This document shows, one piece after another, positions 8,443 through 17,300 of a DNA stretch of 60,201 nucleotides. This DNA is from a virus. Its lineage: Duplodnaviria; Caudoviricetes. The translations under genes and the position numbers were made by a program. Positions within the stretch are counted from its first letter, which is position 1, and every line of letters begins with the position of its first letter. The stretch is from positions 1-60,201 of IMG/VR virus record IMGVR_UViG_3300021964_000065. The stretch is one strand, 5' to 3'. The notes below the pieces were generated by a model. That model was not told the origin of the DNA. It searched no databases and saw only the letters and a program-made list of their open reading frames with translations.

Positions 8443-9195
8443 ATGTATTATATTTACCATATACCTAATAAAAAAATTGGTGTTACGCGTAATTTAAATA
8501 ATAGAGTTACTGTAGCACAAGGTTACAAGCCTGATGAATATGAAGTTCTAGATTCTTCTAACGATATAAATTATATATCCAACAGAGAAATAGAGCTTCA
8601 AAAATATTATGGCTATAAAATAGATAGAAAATTATATAAAAATTTATTTAAAAAAATGAAGATTAACGCTACAGAACAAACCACAACATTTCCAATAGCT
8701 AAATCAGAGCTTAAAGGTTTTTTAAAAGAAAACTTAGGTTTAAAATGGGAAACATCATTAGGCGAATTTGAATTAACAGAGCAGTCTATAAAATGGATAA
8801 AAGCTAATGCTAAAAAATCAATGTATAATGATACACGTACATACATTTATAATAAAGCTTTTTATGAAGCTTTATTGGCACAACCATCATATAACAAGGA
8901 AAACATATTTGGACTCATTAGAGAGTGGGCACAAGAACGTGGTTTATATGATAAGGGAGATTCTAAGACTCAATATATAAAACTTATAGAAGAATCAGGT
9001 GAATTAGCTCAAGCCATATTAAAAAATGATGAACCGGAAGTTATTGATGCTATAGGAGATATGGTTGTTGTATTAACTAATTTAGCTAAGTTACGGGGAT
9101 ACAATATTGAAGATTGTATTCAGTCTGCTTATGATGAAATATCTAATCGTAAAGGCAAGATGGTTAACGGTACATTTGTAAAAAATACGCTATGA
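8443..9195 (+). CDS. fusion: GIY-YIG-like N-terminus plus C-terminal MazG-like NTP pyrophosphohydrolase
   Basis: YYIYHI..KIGVT.NL..R..E at the N-terminus; WA.ERGL...Q..KL.EE.GEL....DAIGD..VVL..LA at the C-terminus. Confidence 0.8.
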   Translation: MYYIYHIPNKKIGVTRNLNNRVTVAQGYKPDEYEVLDSSNDINYISNREIELQKYYGYKIDRKLYKNLFKKMKINATEQTTTFPIAKSELKGFLKENLGLKWETSLGEFELTEQSIKWIKANAKKSMYNDTRTYIYNKAFYEALLAQPSYNKENIFGLIREWAQERGLYDKGDSKTQYIKLIEESGELAQAILKNDEPEVIDAIGDMVVVLTNLAKLRGYNIEDCIQSAYDEISNRKGKMVNGTFVKNTL

Positions 9196-9422
9196 GAGAT
9201 AAGGTAATACAAGATGTAGTTGAAAAGTTTCAACAACGCTCAGATGTGGGTTATAAAAAATACGGTGTTACTCTTCATGATGATGAACCTAACTTACATA
9301 AATGGCTTAATCATTTACAAGAAGAATTAATGGATGCGGTTAACTATATTCAGAAGCTCAAGATGGAATCTACTACGGCTTTAGAAGAGAAGCTGTTAAA
9401 AGACTTTGAAGAAGATGCTTAA
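9192..9422 (+). CDS. small all-alpha NTP-pyrophosphatase-like protein
   Basis: R..VG.KKYG.TL....WL.HLQEELMDA..Y motif common in phages. Confidence 0.55.
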   Translation: MRDKVIQDVVEKFQQRSDVGYKKYGVTLHDDEPNLHKWLNHLQEELMDAVNYIQKLKMESTTALEEKLLKDFEEDA

Positions 9423-9879
9423 TAGAAATAGAAAGGGAAGAAGAAAGAAAGGTCCTGTTAGAGCTAAAAAAGTTAGCTTTGATGGGATTGACTTTGCTTC
9501 AGGTTTAGAAAAGTATATGTATACTGCCTTAAAAAAAGCAAAGATTAAAAATAAATATGAAGGTGAAACGTTTGTTTTAATTAATGGTTTTCATTTTGAA
9601 AACGAATCTTATGAAAGACAAGCTAATGGTAAAGGGGAATTAATTAATAGAGGTAGTAAAAGAATATTACCTATTAAGTATACACCTGATTTTATTGGTG
9701 AAGATTTTATAATAGAAACAAAAGGTAGAGCCAATGAATCTTTTCCTATTAGATGGAAACTGTTTAAAAAATTAGTTACTGAGCAATTTCCCCAGTATAC
9801 TTTATATAAACCACAAAATCAAGGAGAGTGCCAAAGAGTTGTAGAGCTTATATTAGAAAAACAAAAAAGCAAACGATAG
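9406..9879 (+). CDS. T7 endonuclease I-like Holliday junction resolvase
   Basis: FASGLE...YE...YTPDF...IIETKG. Confidence 0.8.
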   Translation: MKKMLNRNRKGRRKKGPVRAKKVSFDGIDFASGLEKYMYTALKKAKIKNKYEGETFVLINGFHFENESYERQANGKGELINRGSKRILPIKYTPDFIGEDFIIETKGRANESFPIRWKLFKKLVTEQFPQYTLYKPQNQGECQRVVELILEKQKSKR

Positions 9880-9977
9880 CAACACTTTAGAATAAAAAAA
9901 GCTTACTGTTACGTAAATTGTAGAAGCAGCTTTTCATTTACATGGATATTATGGGTGTAATTATAAATAATAAAAGA

Positions 9978-10151
9978 ATGCGACAGAGTAGTAGAAATAA
10001 TCCTGAGCAAGAAAAAAAAGTAGCTCGGCTTAGATATGCTGAAAGGCAGATTGAAAAATGGATTAAGTGGTCTATCCAAAATAGAGGATATGTAAAATAC
10101 AAAGAGATAGTTGAAATACATGATAAATATAATATAAAATGCTATGGCTAA
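9978..10151 (+). CDS. hypothetical protein (likely start 9978)
   Basis: A-rich leader and GTAATTATA motif upstream of ATG 9978. Confidence 0.55.
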   Translation: MRQSSRNNPEQEKKVARLRYAERQIEKWIKWSIQNRGYVKYKEIVEIHDKYNIKCYG

Positions 10152-10278
10152 AGTAATATCAAATAATTATAAAAGTAACACAAGGGTTAAAAGACCAGGA
10201 GTACATGCTAAATCTAAATCTTCTAGTTTAAAAACAAGCAAAAATTATGTTAAACAATATAAAGGACAAGGTCGATGA
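10144..10278 (+). CDS. small basic protein ending YKGQGR
   Basis: 44-aa ORF read manually (MAKVISNNYK...KQYKGQGR). Confidence 0.6.
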   Translation: MAKVISNNYKSNTRVKRPGVHAKSKSSSLKTSKNYVKQYKGQGR

Positions 10279-10409
10279 GGAGTTGGGAGCTTAGTGTAGG
10301 ATTATACCCAGGGGTATTATTTGGAATTAGAACATACGTTGAACCAGAATATAAACAACACGTGCTATACATGCCGTTTGTAGATATTTGTTTAGAAATA
10401 GAAAATTAA
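10275..10409 (+). CDS. hypothetical protein
   Basis: 44-aa ORF read manually (MRSWELSVGLYPG...); ATGA overlap; ends 1 nt before nrdB. Confidence 0.6.
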   Translation: MRSWELSVGLYPGVLFGIRTYVEPEYKQHVLYMPFVDICLEIEN

Positions 10410-10410
10410 T

Positions 10411-11379
10411 ATGGGATTATTTGATAAAAGAGTAGCATATAAACCTTTTGATTACCCCGAATATTACACTGATGGGTGGTTAAAACAAGCTCAAGCTTTT
10501 TGGTTACACACTGAAATATCAATGTCGGGTGATGTAAAAGATTGGAATGAAAAGTTAACACCTGAAGAAAAAAGTTTAGTAGGTAATATATTATTAGGAT
10601 TTGCACAAACAGAATGTGCTGTATCTGATTATTGGACGCAAAAAGTAGTGGGTTGGTTTCCAAAACACGAAATACAACAAATGGCAATGATGTTTGGATC
10701 ACAAGAAACAATTCACGCTGTTGCTTATAGTTATTTAAATGAAACATTAGGTTTAGAAAATTTTGAAGCATTTCTCCAAGACGAAGCTACGATGGCTAGG
10801 TTTGATAATTTGGTTGCCTATAATGGCAATGATAATAAAGGTATTGGAACATCACTCGCCGTTTTTAGCGCATTTGCTGAGGGCGTTAGTCTTTATAGTG
10901 CTTTTGCGGTTCTTTATTCTTTTCAGTTACGAAACCTACTTAAAGGAGTTGGACAACAAATGAAATGGAGTGTAAGAGATGAATCTTTGCATTCTAAAAT
11001 GGGTTGTAGACTTTTTAGACATATGTGTGAAGAAGATGAAAGTTTATTAGAGGATTGTAGAAAAGATATTATTAGTGCAGCAACAGCAATGCTTAAAGCA
11101 GAAGAAAATTATATTGATAAAATGTTTGAAGCCGGAGACGTTGAAGGAATTAAAGCCTACGATCTTAAGCAATTTATTAGAAAAAGACTTAACGAAAAAT
11201 TACAAGAACTTGGTTACTTCGACCTCGGGCTCTACTTTGAATTTAACGAAGAGGGCGCATCAAAACTCGATTGGTTTTACCATCTTACAGGTGGTCATAC
11301 TCATACTGATTTTTTCGCTGTTAGGTCAACTGATTATTCAAAAGCAAATGAAGGTGAAGATTTTGAAGATATTTGGTAG
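10411..11379 (+). CDS. nrdB: ribonucleotide reductase class Ia beta subunit
   Basis: FW...E, ETIHAVAY, EGVSLYSAF, RDESLH, DFF motifs. Confidence 0.95.
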   Translation: MGLFDKRVAYKPFDYPEYYTDGWLKQAQAFWLHTEISMSGDVKDWNEKLTPEEKSLVGNILLGFAQTECAVSDYWTQKVVGWFPKHEIQQMAMMFGSQETIHAVAYSYLNETLGLENFEAFLQDEATMARFDNLVAYNGNDNKGIGTSLAVFSAFAEGVSLYSAFAVLYSFQLRNLLKGVGQQMKWSVRDESLHSKMGCRLFRHMCEEDESLLEDCRKDIISAATAMLKAEENYIDKMFEAGDVEGIKAYDLKQFIRKRLNEKLQELGYFDLGLYFEFNEEGASKLDWFYHLTGGHTHTDFFAVRSTDYSKANEGEDFEDIW

Positions 11380-11524
11380 TTTATTTTTATTTTTGTTTTT
11401 AAGTTGTACGGCAGAAGATATTATAGAAGAAGATTGTATTAAAGTTGCAAAACACTGCATAACAAATAGAGACCAAACAATTATGTGTACTAGTTATTAT
11501 GAATGTATTATTTATAACAATTAA
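11348..11524 (+). CDS. putative small Cys-rich lipoprotein
   Basis: MKVKILK plus hydrophobic core plus FLS-C lipobox, followed by acidic residues. Confidence 0.5.
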   Translation: MKVKILKIFGSLFLFLFLSCTAEDIIEEDCIKVAKHCITNRDQTIMCTSYYECIIYNN

Positions 11525-11566
11525 AACCTAATAAAAATTATTAAATAAAATGAAAAAACAAAAATT

Positions 11567-13312
11567 ATGAGTTGGAATGAAAAATGGATAAAAGGAGAAG
11601 ACTATCCAACCTGGGGGGATACTGAAGTTTATAAAAAAACAATTTCAGGAGGGTATTTGTTTCAAGGTGAAACACCTAAACAAGCATATGAGCGAGTAGC
11701 TAATGCAGTTGCTAAGCGTTTATATAAGCCAGAACTGGCTGAAAAGTTTTTTCAGTATATATGGGATGGTTGGCTATGTTTAGCTTCACCAGTGCTTTCT
11801 AATACAGGTACAGATCGAGGTTTACCAATTAGTTGTTTTGGTATTGATGTTGCTGATAGTATAAATGATATTGGACAAAAGAATTTGGAAATGATGCTCT
11901 TAGCCAAGCATGGAGGCGGTGTTGGCTTAGGGGTTAATATGATAAGACCCGCTGGTGCTAAAATTACAGGTAATGGAACAAGTGATGGAGTGGTCCCGTT
12001 TTGCAAGATATACGATTCAACAATACTTGCCACTAATCAAGGATCTGTCCGCAGAGGAGCTGCGTCAGTTAATATCAATATTGATCACGCCGACTTTGAA
12101 GAATGGTTGGAGATCAGAGAACCTAAAGGAGATGTCAATAGGCAGTCCCTCAATCTACACCAGTGCGCTGTGGTCGGTGACAAGTTTATGCGAAGACTTG
12201 AACAAGGAGATACAGATGCTAGACGTAAATGGGGAAAACTATTACAAAAGCGTAAAGCAACTGGAGAGCCTTATATTCTCTTTAAGGGAAATACAAACAA
12301 GAATAACCCAAAAGCATACAAATCAAATGGGCTCAAAGTTCATATGACAAATATATGTAGTGAAATTACATTACATACAGATGAATCACATTCTTTTGTT
12401 TGTTGTTTGTCTTCTGTCAATTTAGATAAATATGATGAATGGAAAAACACAAATTTAATATATGATGCAACATGGTTTTTAGACGGAGTGCTGGAAGAAT
12501 TTATTCAGAAAGCAAAAAATATGAAAGGTTTCGAGAACTCTGTCCGCAGTGCGGAAAAAGGGCGTGCCCTTGGTCTAGGAGTATTGGGATGGCACAGTCT
12601 ACTCCAAAAGAATGGCATTGCGTTCGAAAGTTTATTAGCTCAATTTAAAACCCGTGAGATTTTTAGTAAAATTAAGATTGAGTCTGAAAGAGCATCGCGA
12701 GATCTTGCAGAAGTATATGGCGAGCCGCTGTGGTGTGTTGGTACTGGTATGCGCAACACTCATCTTCGAGCTGTGGCCCCTACTGTCTCTAACAGCAAGC
12801 TTAGTGGAAATATATCTCCTGGAATTGAGCCTTGGGCTGCTAACGTATTTACAGAACAATCTGCTAAAGGTACGTTTATTAGAAAGAATAAAGAACTTAA
12901 AAAAGTATTAAGAAAAATTGGAATTGATAATAAAGAAACTTGGGATAAAATTTTGGAAGATGGCGGATCCATTCAGGATATTAAAGAACTCGATGGATGG
13001 AATTATGATCACCAAGGAAGACTTACCGAAGAAGATGGTGAGTCTGTAAAGAATGTATTTAAAACATTTAAAGAGATTAATCAATTAGAATTAATTAATC
13101 AAGCTGGTATACGCCAAAATTATATAGATCAATCGGTAAGTTTAAATTTAGCATTTCCTTCTGTAGCAGATCCTAAATGGCTTAATAAAGTTCATTTAGA
13201 AGCATGGAAGCGTGGTATTAAAACTTTATATTATATGAGGACTGAGTCTGTACTAAGAGGTGATATTGCTGCTAAAGCTATGGATCCAGATTGTATAAGT
13301 TGTGATGGCTAA
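11567..13312 (+). CDS. nrdA: ribonucleotide reductase class Ia alpha subunit (no ATP cone)
   Basis: ISCF, GGGVG, TNICSEI, APTVS, KTLYY, C-terminal CISC. Confidence 0.96.
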   Translation: MSWNEKWIKGEDYPTWGDTEVYKKTISGGYLFQGETPKQAYERVANAVAKRLYKPELAEKFFQYIWDGWLCLASPVLSNTGTDRGLPISCFGIDVADSINDIGQKNLEMMLLAKHGGGVGLGVNMIRPAGAKITGNGTSDGVVPFCKIYDSTILATNQGSVRRGAASVNINIDHADFEEWLEIREPKGDVNRQSLNLHQCAVVGDKFMRRLEQGDTDARRKWGKLLQKRKATGEPYILFKGNTNKNNPKAYKSNGLKVHMTNICSEITLHTDESHSFVCCLSSVNLDKYDEWKNTNLIYDATWFLDGVLEEFIQKAKNMKGFENSVRSAEKGRALGLGVLGWHSLLQKNGIAFESLLAQFKTREIFSKIKIESERASRDLAEVYGEPLWCVGTGMRNTHLRAVAPTVSNSKLSGNISPGIEPWAANVFTEQSAKGTFIRKNKELKKVLRKIGIDNKETWDKILEDGGSIQDIKELDGWNYDHQGRLTEEDGESVKNVFKTFKEINQLELINQAGIRQNYIDQSVSLNLAFPSVADPKWLNKVHLEAWKRGIKTLYYMRTESVLRGDIAAKAMDPDCISCDG

Positions 13313-13351
13313 AGGCTAAAAGTCATAACTTTTATATATATATAAATTATT

Positions 13352-13383
13352 AAGGGGAAAGCTTTTTGCAATCCCCTTTTTTT
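13352..13383. terminator. terminator between the convergent genome arms
   Basis: AAGGGGA...TCCCCTT followed by a T-run. Confidence 0.7.
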
Positions 13384-13679
13384 TATTTTCTTTTCTTGTT
13401 GTCGGCTTCTTTTTGAATCCATTCAAGATCTTTCATAAAATCTCTCATTTCTAATTTTATTTCTTGAAATTCTCCCTCAAGCTTTCTTTGAGCTGGCCAA
13501 GTGTACTTCTGTTCATTTTCTTTTAATTTGCTATATGCTTCTTCTACAGCATCAACACGAGCATTTAAAGTATAATAAGATCCAATTATAGAAGCAAACA
13601 TTGTTGCTATAGTTATTATTTGAATAGGGCTTATACTAAAATCCGCTACGCCGTCGCCGTTAATGTCTATTTTTGCCAT
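13383..13679 (-). CDS. membrane-anchored coiled-coil protein in the lysis cassette
   Basis: One TM segment followed by coiled coil; downstream of endolysin. Confidence 0.6.
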   Translation of the reverse strand: MAKIDINGDGVADFSISPIQIITIATMFASIIGSYYTLNARVDAVEEAYSKLKENEQKYTWPAQRKLEGEFQEIKLEMRDFMKDLEWIQKEADNKKRK

Positions 13680-13830
13680 TTGTTTTGTTTTTTAATTTTT
13701 CGGTTATTTGTATAACAGTATATATTAATGTTGCACTCAAAACTAAAGTAGATAAAATAGGATTTAAATCACTAATCATTCCCCCACCTAAAGCGGATAA
13801 GCTTATTCCGTATATCTTCAAATCATCCAT
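13660..13830 (-). CDS. putative holin
   Basis: 56-aa ORF read manually (MDDLKIYGISLSALGGG...LSTLVLSATLIYTVIQI...KK); hydrophobic with basic tail, directly after endolysin. Confidence 0.6.
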   Translation of the reverse strand: MDDLKIYGISLSALGGGMISDLNPILSTLVLSATLIYTVIQITEKLKNKTNGKNRH

Positions 13831-13832
13831 TT

Positions 13833-14291
13833 TTAAATTATTGTATATGTTGTTTTGCCATTTATTCTTGACGCTTTTAAAATTCTATTTCTATTTTCTT
13901 CTTTAGATACATAACTCACATGGACCCAATCAGGGTTAGCATCATCCCCAAACTCCCATATAAGTTGATCAAAATTTAAATTTTCTTTAATATAATTAAA
14001 CATTTCTGCATTTGTTTTATTACCAAATGTGTCATCTACATCTATTGCTCTGCCTTGACAATGTTGCGACCTTGAACTTCCACCAATAGCTGTATTTAAT
14101 TCTTCACATCTAAACATACTATTAATCTTTATTGGACCACCTACCCACTTTCTAAGTGGTTCAAAAATATTTTCAGCAATTCCAACCATATTAGTTATTT
14201 CATAATCCCCAGGGGTATTATCAATACCTCTTCTTATTGCTGTATTAGATTTTATTGCTTCTGTATAAGATATATGATCAGATATTTTCAT
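13833..14291 (-). CDS. endolysin, peptidase M15 family
   Basis: INSMFRC..LN.AIGG...SQH..G.AID and WVHVSY. Confidence 0.88.
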   Translation of the reverse strand: MKISDHISYTEAIKSNTAIRRGIDNTPGDYEITNMVGIAENIFEPLRKWVGGPIKINSMFRCEELNTAIGGSSRSQHCQGRAIDVDDTFGNKTNAEMFNYIKENLNFDQLIWEFGDDANPDWVHVSYVSKEENRNRILKASRINGKTTYTII

Positions 14292-14301
14292 TTTATTTAA
14301 T

Positions 14302-17300
14302 TTAATTAGCTATTTTTCTTGTAGCTGTTTTTCTTTTTATAGTTTTTCTGTTTATAGTTTTTCTTTTTATAGTTTTTCTGTTTTTTCTTAATGGAGTTTT
14401 AGATTTTTTAGTTTGTTTTTCAATCATACCTAATTCCCATTCTCCCCACCCAAGTGACAATGCTATTGCTTGCCACAATTCTGTTTCAGGTTCCATAGCT
14501 GTTTTTATGTGATCTAGCTTAGTAACAATTCTATCAGCAGGTATATTAGTTCCTGCAGAAATAACTTTTCCTGCGGCTAAAAAAGCTGGGTTTTCTAAAC
14601 TTAAGCCTTCATTAAATACCTTCTTTCGCGATTGCTTATATTTAAAGGTATTACCAGCAGAAATTAATTTTCTTAATTTAGAATTTATAGGAGGCGAAAT
14701 TGAAGTTGCGGCAATAGCTGCTTTAGTGTAGTCAGGTCTATTGCTTTTTGCTTGATCAATAATTTCAAGTATTACATTTTTAACAGTAGAAGCCGCTGCA
14801 CCATAAACACCCATGCCTCTCAAGAAAGTATCAGCAGAGCTGTTTGCTACTCTAAAGTATTTTTCTTTCTTTTCCGGTTCTTCTTCGTCATCAAATAATA
14901 ATGTGAATAATGCAGACTGAAGTGAAGAGAATATAATGTTTTGTATCACACCATAATAAGCAATTTTACTAATATTTGTCTTCCAATCTCCTCTTCCATT
15001 ATATAAATCTAACGCAGCCTTTTTCTGAAGTCGGGCATATTGCATAGGAGTATTTGCAAAAGCTAAAACAACACGTCCTAAACTACCGGCTTGCTCCATA
15101 GAAACTCTATCTGGCCTTGACGATTGTTGTGTTTCTTCAGCAATCTCCTGAAAATCAGTAAATGCCTTTTGTTCTGCCTCTTGTTTGGTTAAACCTTCTT
15201 TAACATACTTATTAATTCTATTACGATAAAATGTAGCACCCCCGGAAGCAATTGCAAAGCTATCCGCTATTTGAGTTGGTGTAAAACCAATTTTTAACAA
15301 AGCATTGAACAACGCTCTAGGTGATCTTTCATTTCCTTTAGTTGCTTTAGCAATTTCATCTGCACTAATGTCTGTTTGCAAACCGCTTCTTCTTTGTTTT
15401 AAGAAATCAGAATTGAATAGGTTAACAAAATCTTTTCTATATTGTCCAAAATTAGCAAGAGCAATTGCTGCGTTAATAGGATTATTATCTGAAAAATTTA
15501 TAAAGTTTACTGTAGACAAAGTTTGTAGAACGGCAGATCTTGCGTTAAAGAACATGATAGCACCCACAGAATTATTCACCCAATCCATCCAAGCTCTTTC
15601 CTGTTTGCTTGTTCCGAATTTTCTATTAACACCTGTTTTCATTCTATAAAGAATGTTTTCAAGAGCCTCAACATATCTTTCGCCGTATAGCCCTCTTAAC
15701 TTTGTAATGTTTTTTTCGGAAAATATTTCATTTACGTTTTCTTGCCATTCAGATAAAAATTCAGATCGTTTTGTTTTATTAATATATCCAATTAAATCGG
15801 TAGTAATATCACCGTCTACCCAATTGTTTTCAGGTTTAGGGTAACCCTCTGAATTTAAAGCCATTAAATTATCAGCAAAGCTTTTAAACTTTTCGTTTTT
15901 ATTTACAGCTTTTATAGCATCATTAACTTCCCCCTTCTTAATGTTTGGTATGTCAAATCCTTGTTTTTGCCACATATACATTCTAAGAGATTGCTCGTTG
16001 GTAAATCCAGATTCGTTTTGTTTTGTTAATCCTCCAGGAACATCTTTTTTGGCACGTTGCTTTAATACAGACCATTCACGCATTGCTCTTTGCTTTTCAG
16101 ACTCATATGCTTGAATACCTCTAGAAAATGGGCGTAATAAGTTTTCACGATACCAATCCATTTGTTGGTTACCTTTTTCGCCTTCAGATAATGTTGTGTA
16201 TAATAAACCTACAAAATCATCTGCTGAATATGGAACAAAAATAGCTCCTTTGCCTTTGCCTTTAGCCATTACTCTAGCCTTAGCAGGGGAGAATCTTTCT
16301 GCCCATTTAACACCAGTAGATTCTTCTAATATTTGGTTAAAACCTTTATTTAGTGATTTAGAAAGTTTAATCTGCCCTTCTTTATATACACTTTTAATAT
16401 TTTTGTATACAATTCCATCTGCTATATCTTGCTTAAAAGCCTCAATAACTAAAGGGTGTTGCATTCTATTTTTACCACTACTTTTTAAGTTTGCGGTTGT
16501 AAGAGCTTTATCAACTCTTTTTGTAACTAAATTTACTTGAGCATTATCAAATTCTTTTTCTAATTGTTCCTGAGATATTTTTCCGTCTAAAAAATTATTA
16601 GAAGCTAATGTTATTTCTAATATTGGATTTTGATGTTCTAAAGTTGTTTCTTTAGTAGAAAGATTTTCAACATACATGCCAGCTTTTGCTATTTTTCTTA
16701 AAGCACCAATTTGGTCATTAGCTAAAAGCTTTATATGAGCTTTACCTTCGTTAATTAAATTATTATCTTTATAATAAACCAATAAATCTAAAATATATTG
16801 AGAAGCTTTTTTTGCTTCATCATTTATTCTGGATGTATATTCACTAAAATTTATTTTTATATCAGTTGTTGATTTATATCTATTAATAGGTGTATTATTT
16901 AAAAATAATTTTTTACCTCTACCTAATGGATTTTTATCTACATTAAAGCCTTCTATGTTATATTTTTTTAATAAAGTTTTAAGTACTTGATTAAAAATAT
17001 GTTGAATTTTTGTTATATTAGGAAGCCCATTAAATGTTGTAATTGCTTTTGATTCATTTATAAACCAATTTAAAATTACTGTTGAGTAATCATTTTTTGA
17101 TGCATTTTTTAAACGATTTTCAAGTAATTTTTTTGATGATTCATAACCAAGCTCTGCAATTTCTTTTTTAAGAGCAATTCCTGTTGCTTGTTTTACTTTT
17201 AAAAAGTAATTTCTAGTTAATTTACCATCAGTATCTAAAACAGCTTTTGAAATTAAATTTTTACCAGTTTCATCCGCTATAAAACTATTTGTTGCATTAA

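Noticed and set aside
13314-13328. Additional operator half-site GGCTAAAAGTCATAA
   Set aside because: Needs an insertion and has no partner arm
13640-13675. EF-hand-like DINGDG in the 98-aa membrane protein
   Set aside because: A single short motif without canonical flanking helices; insufficient to call
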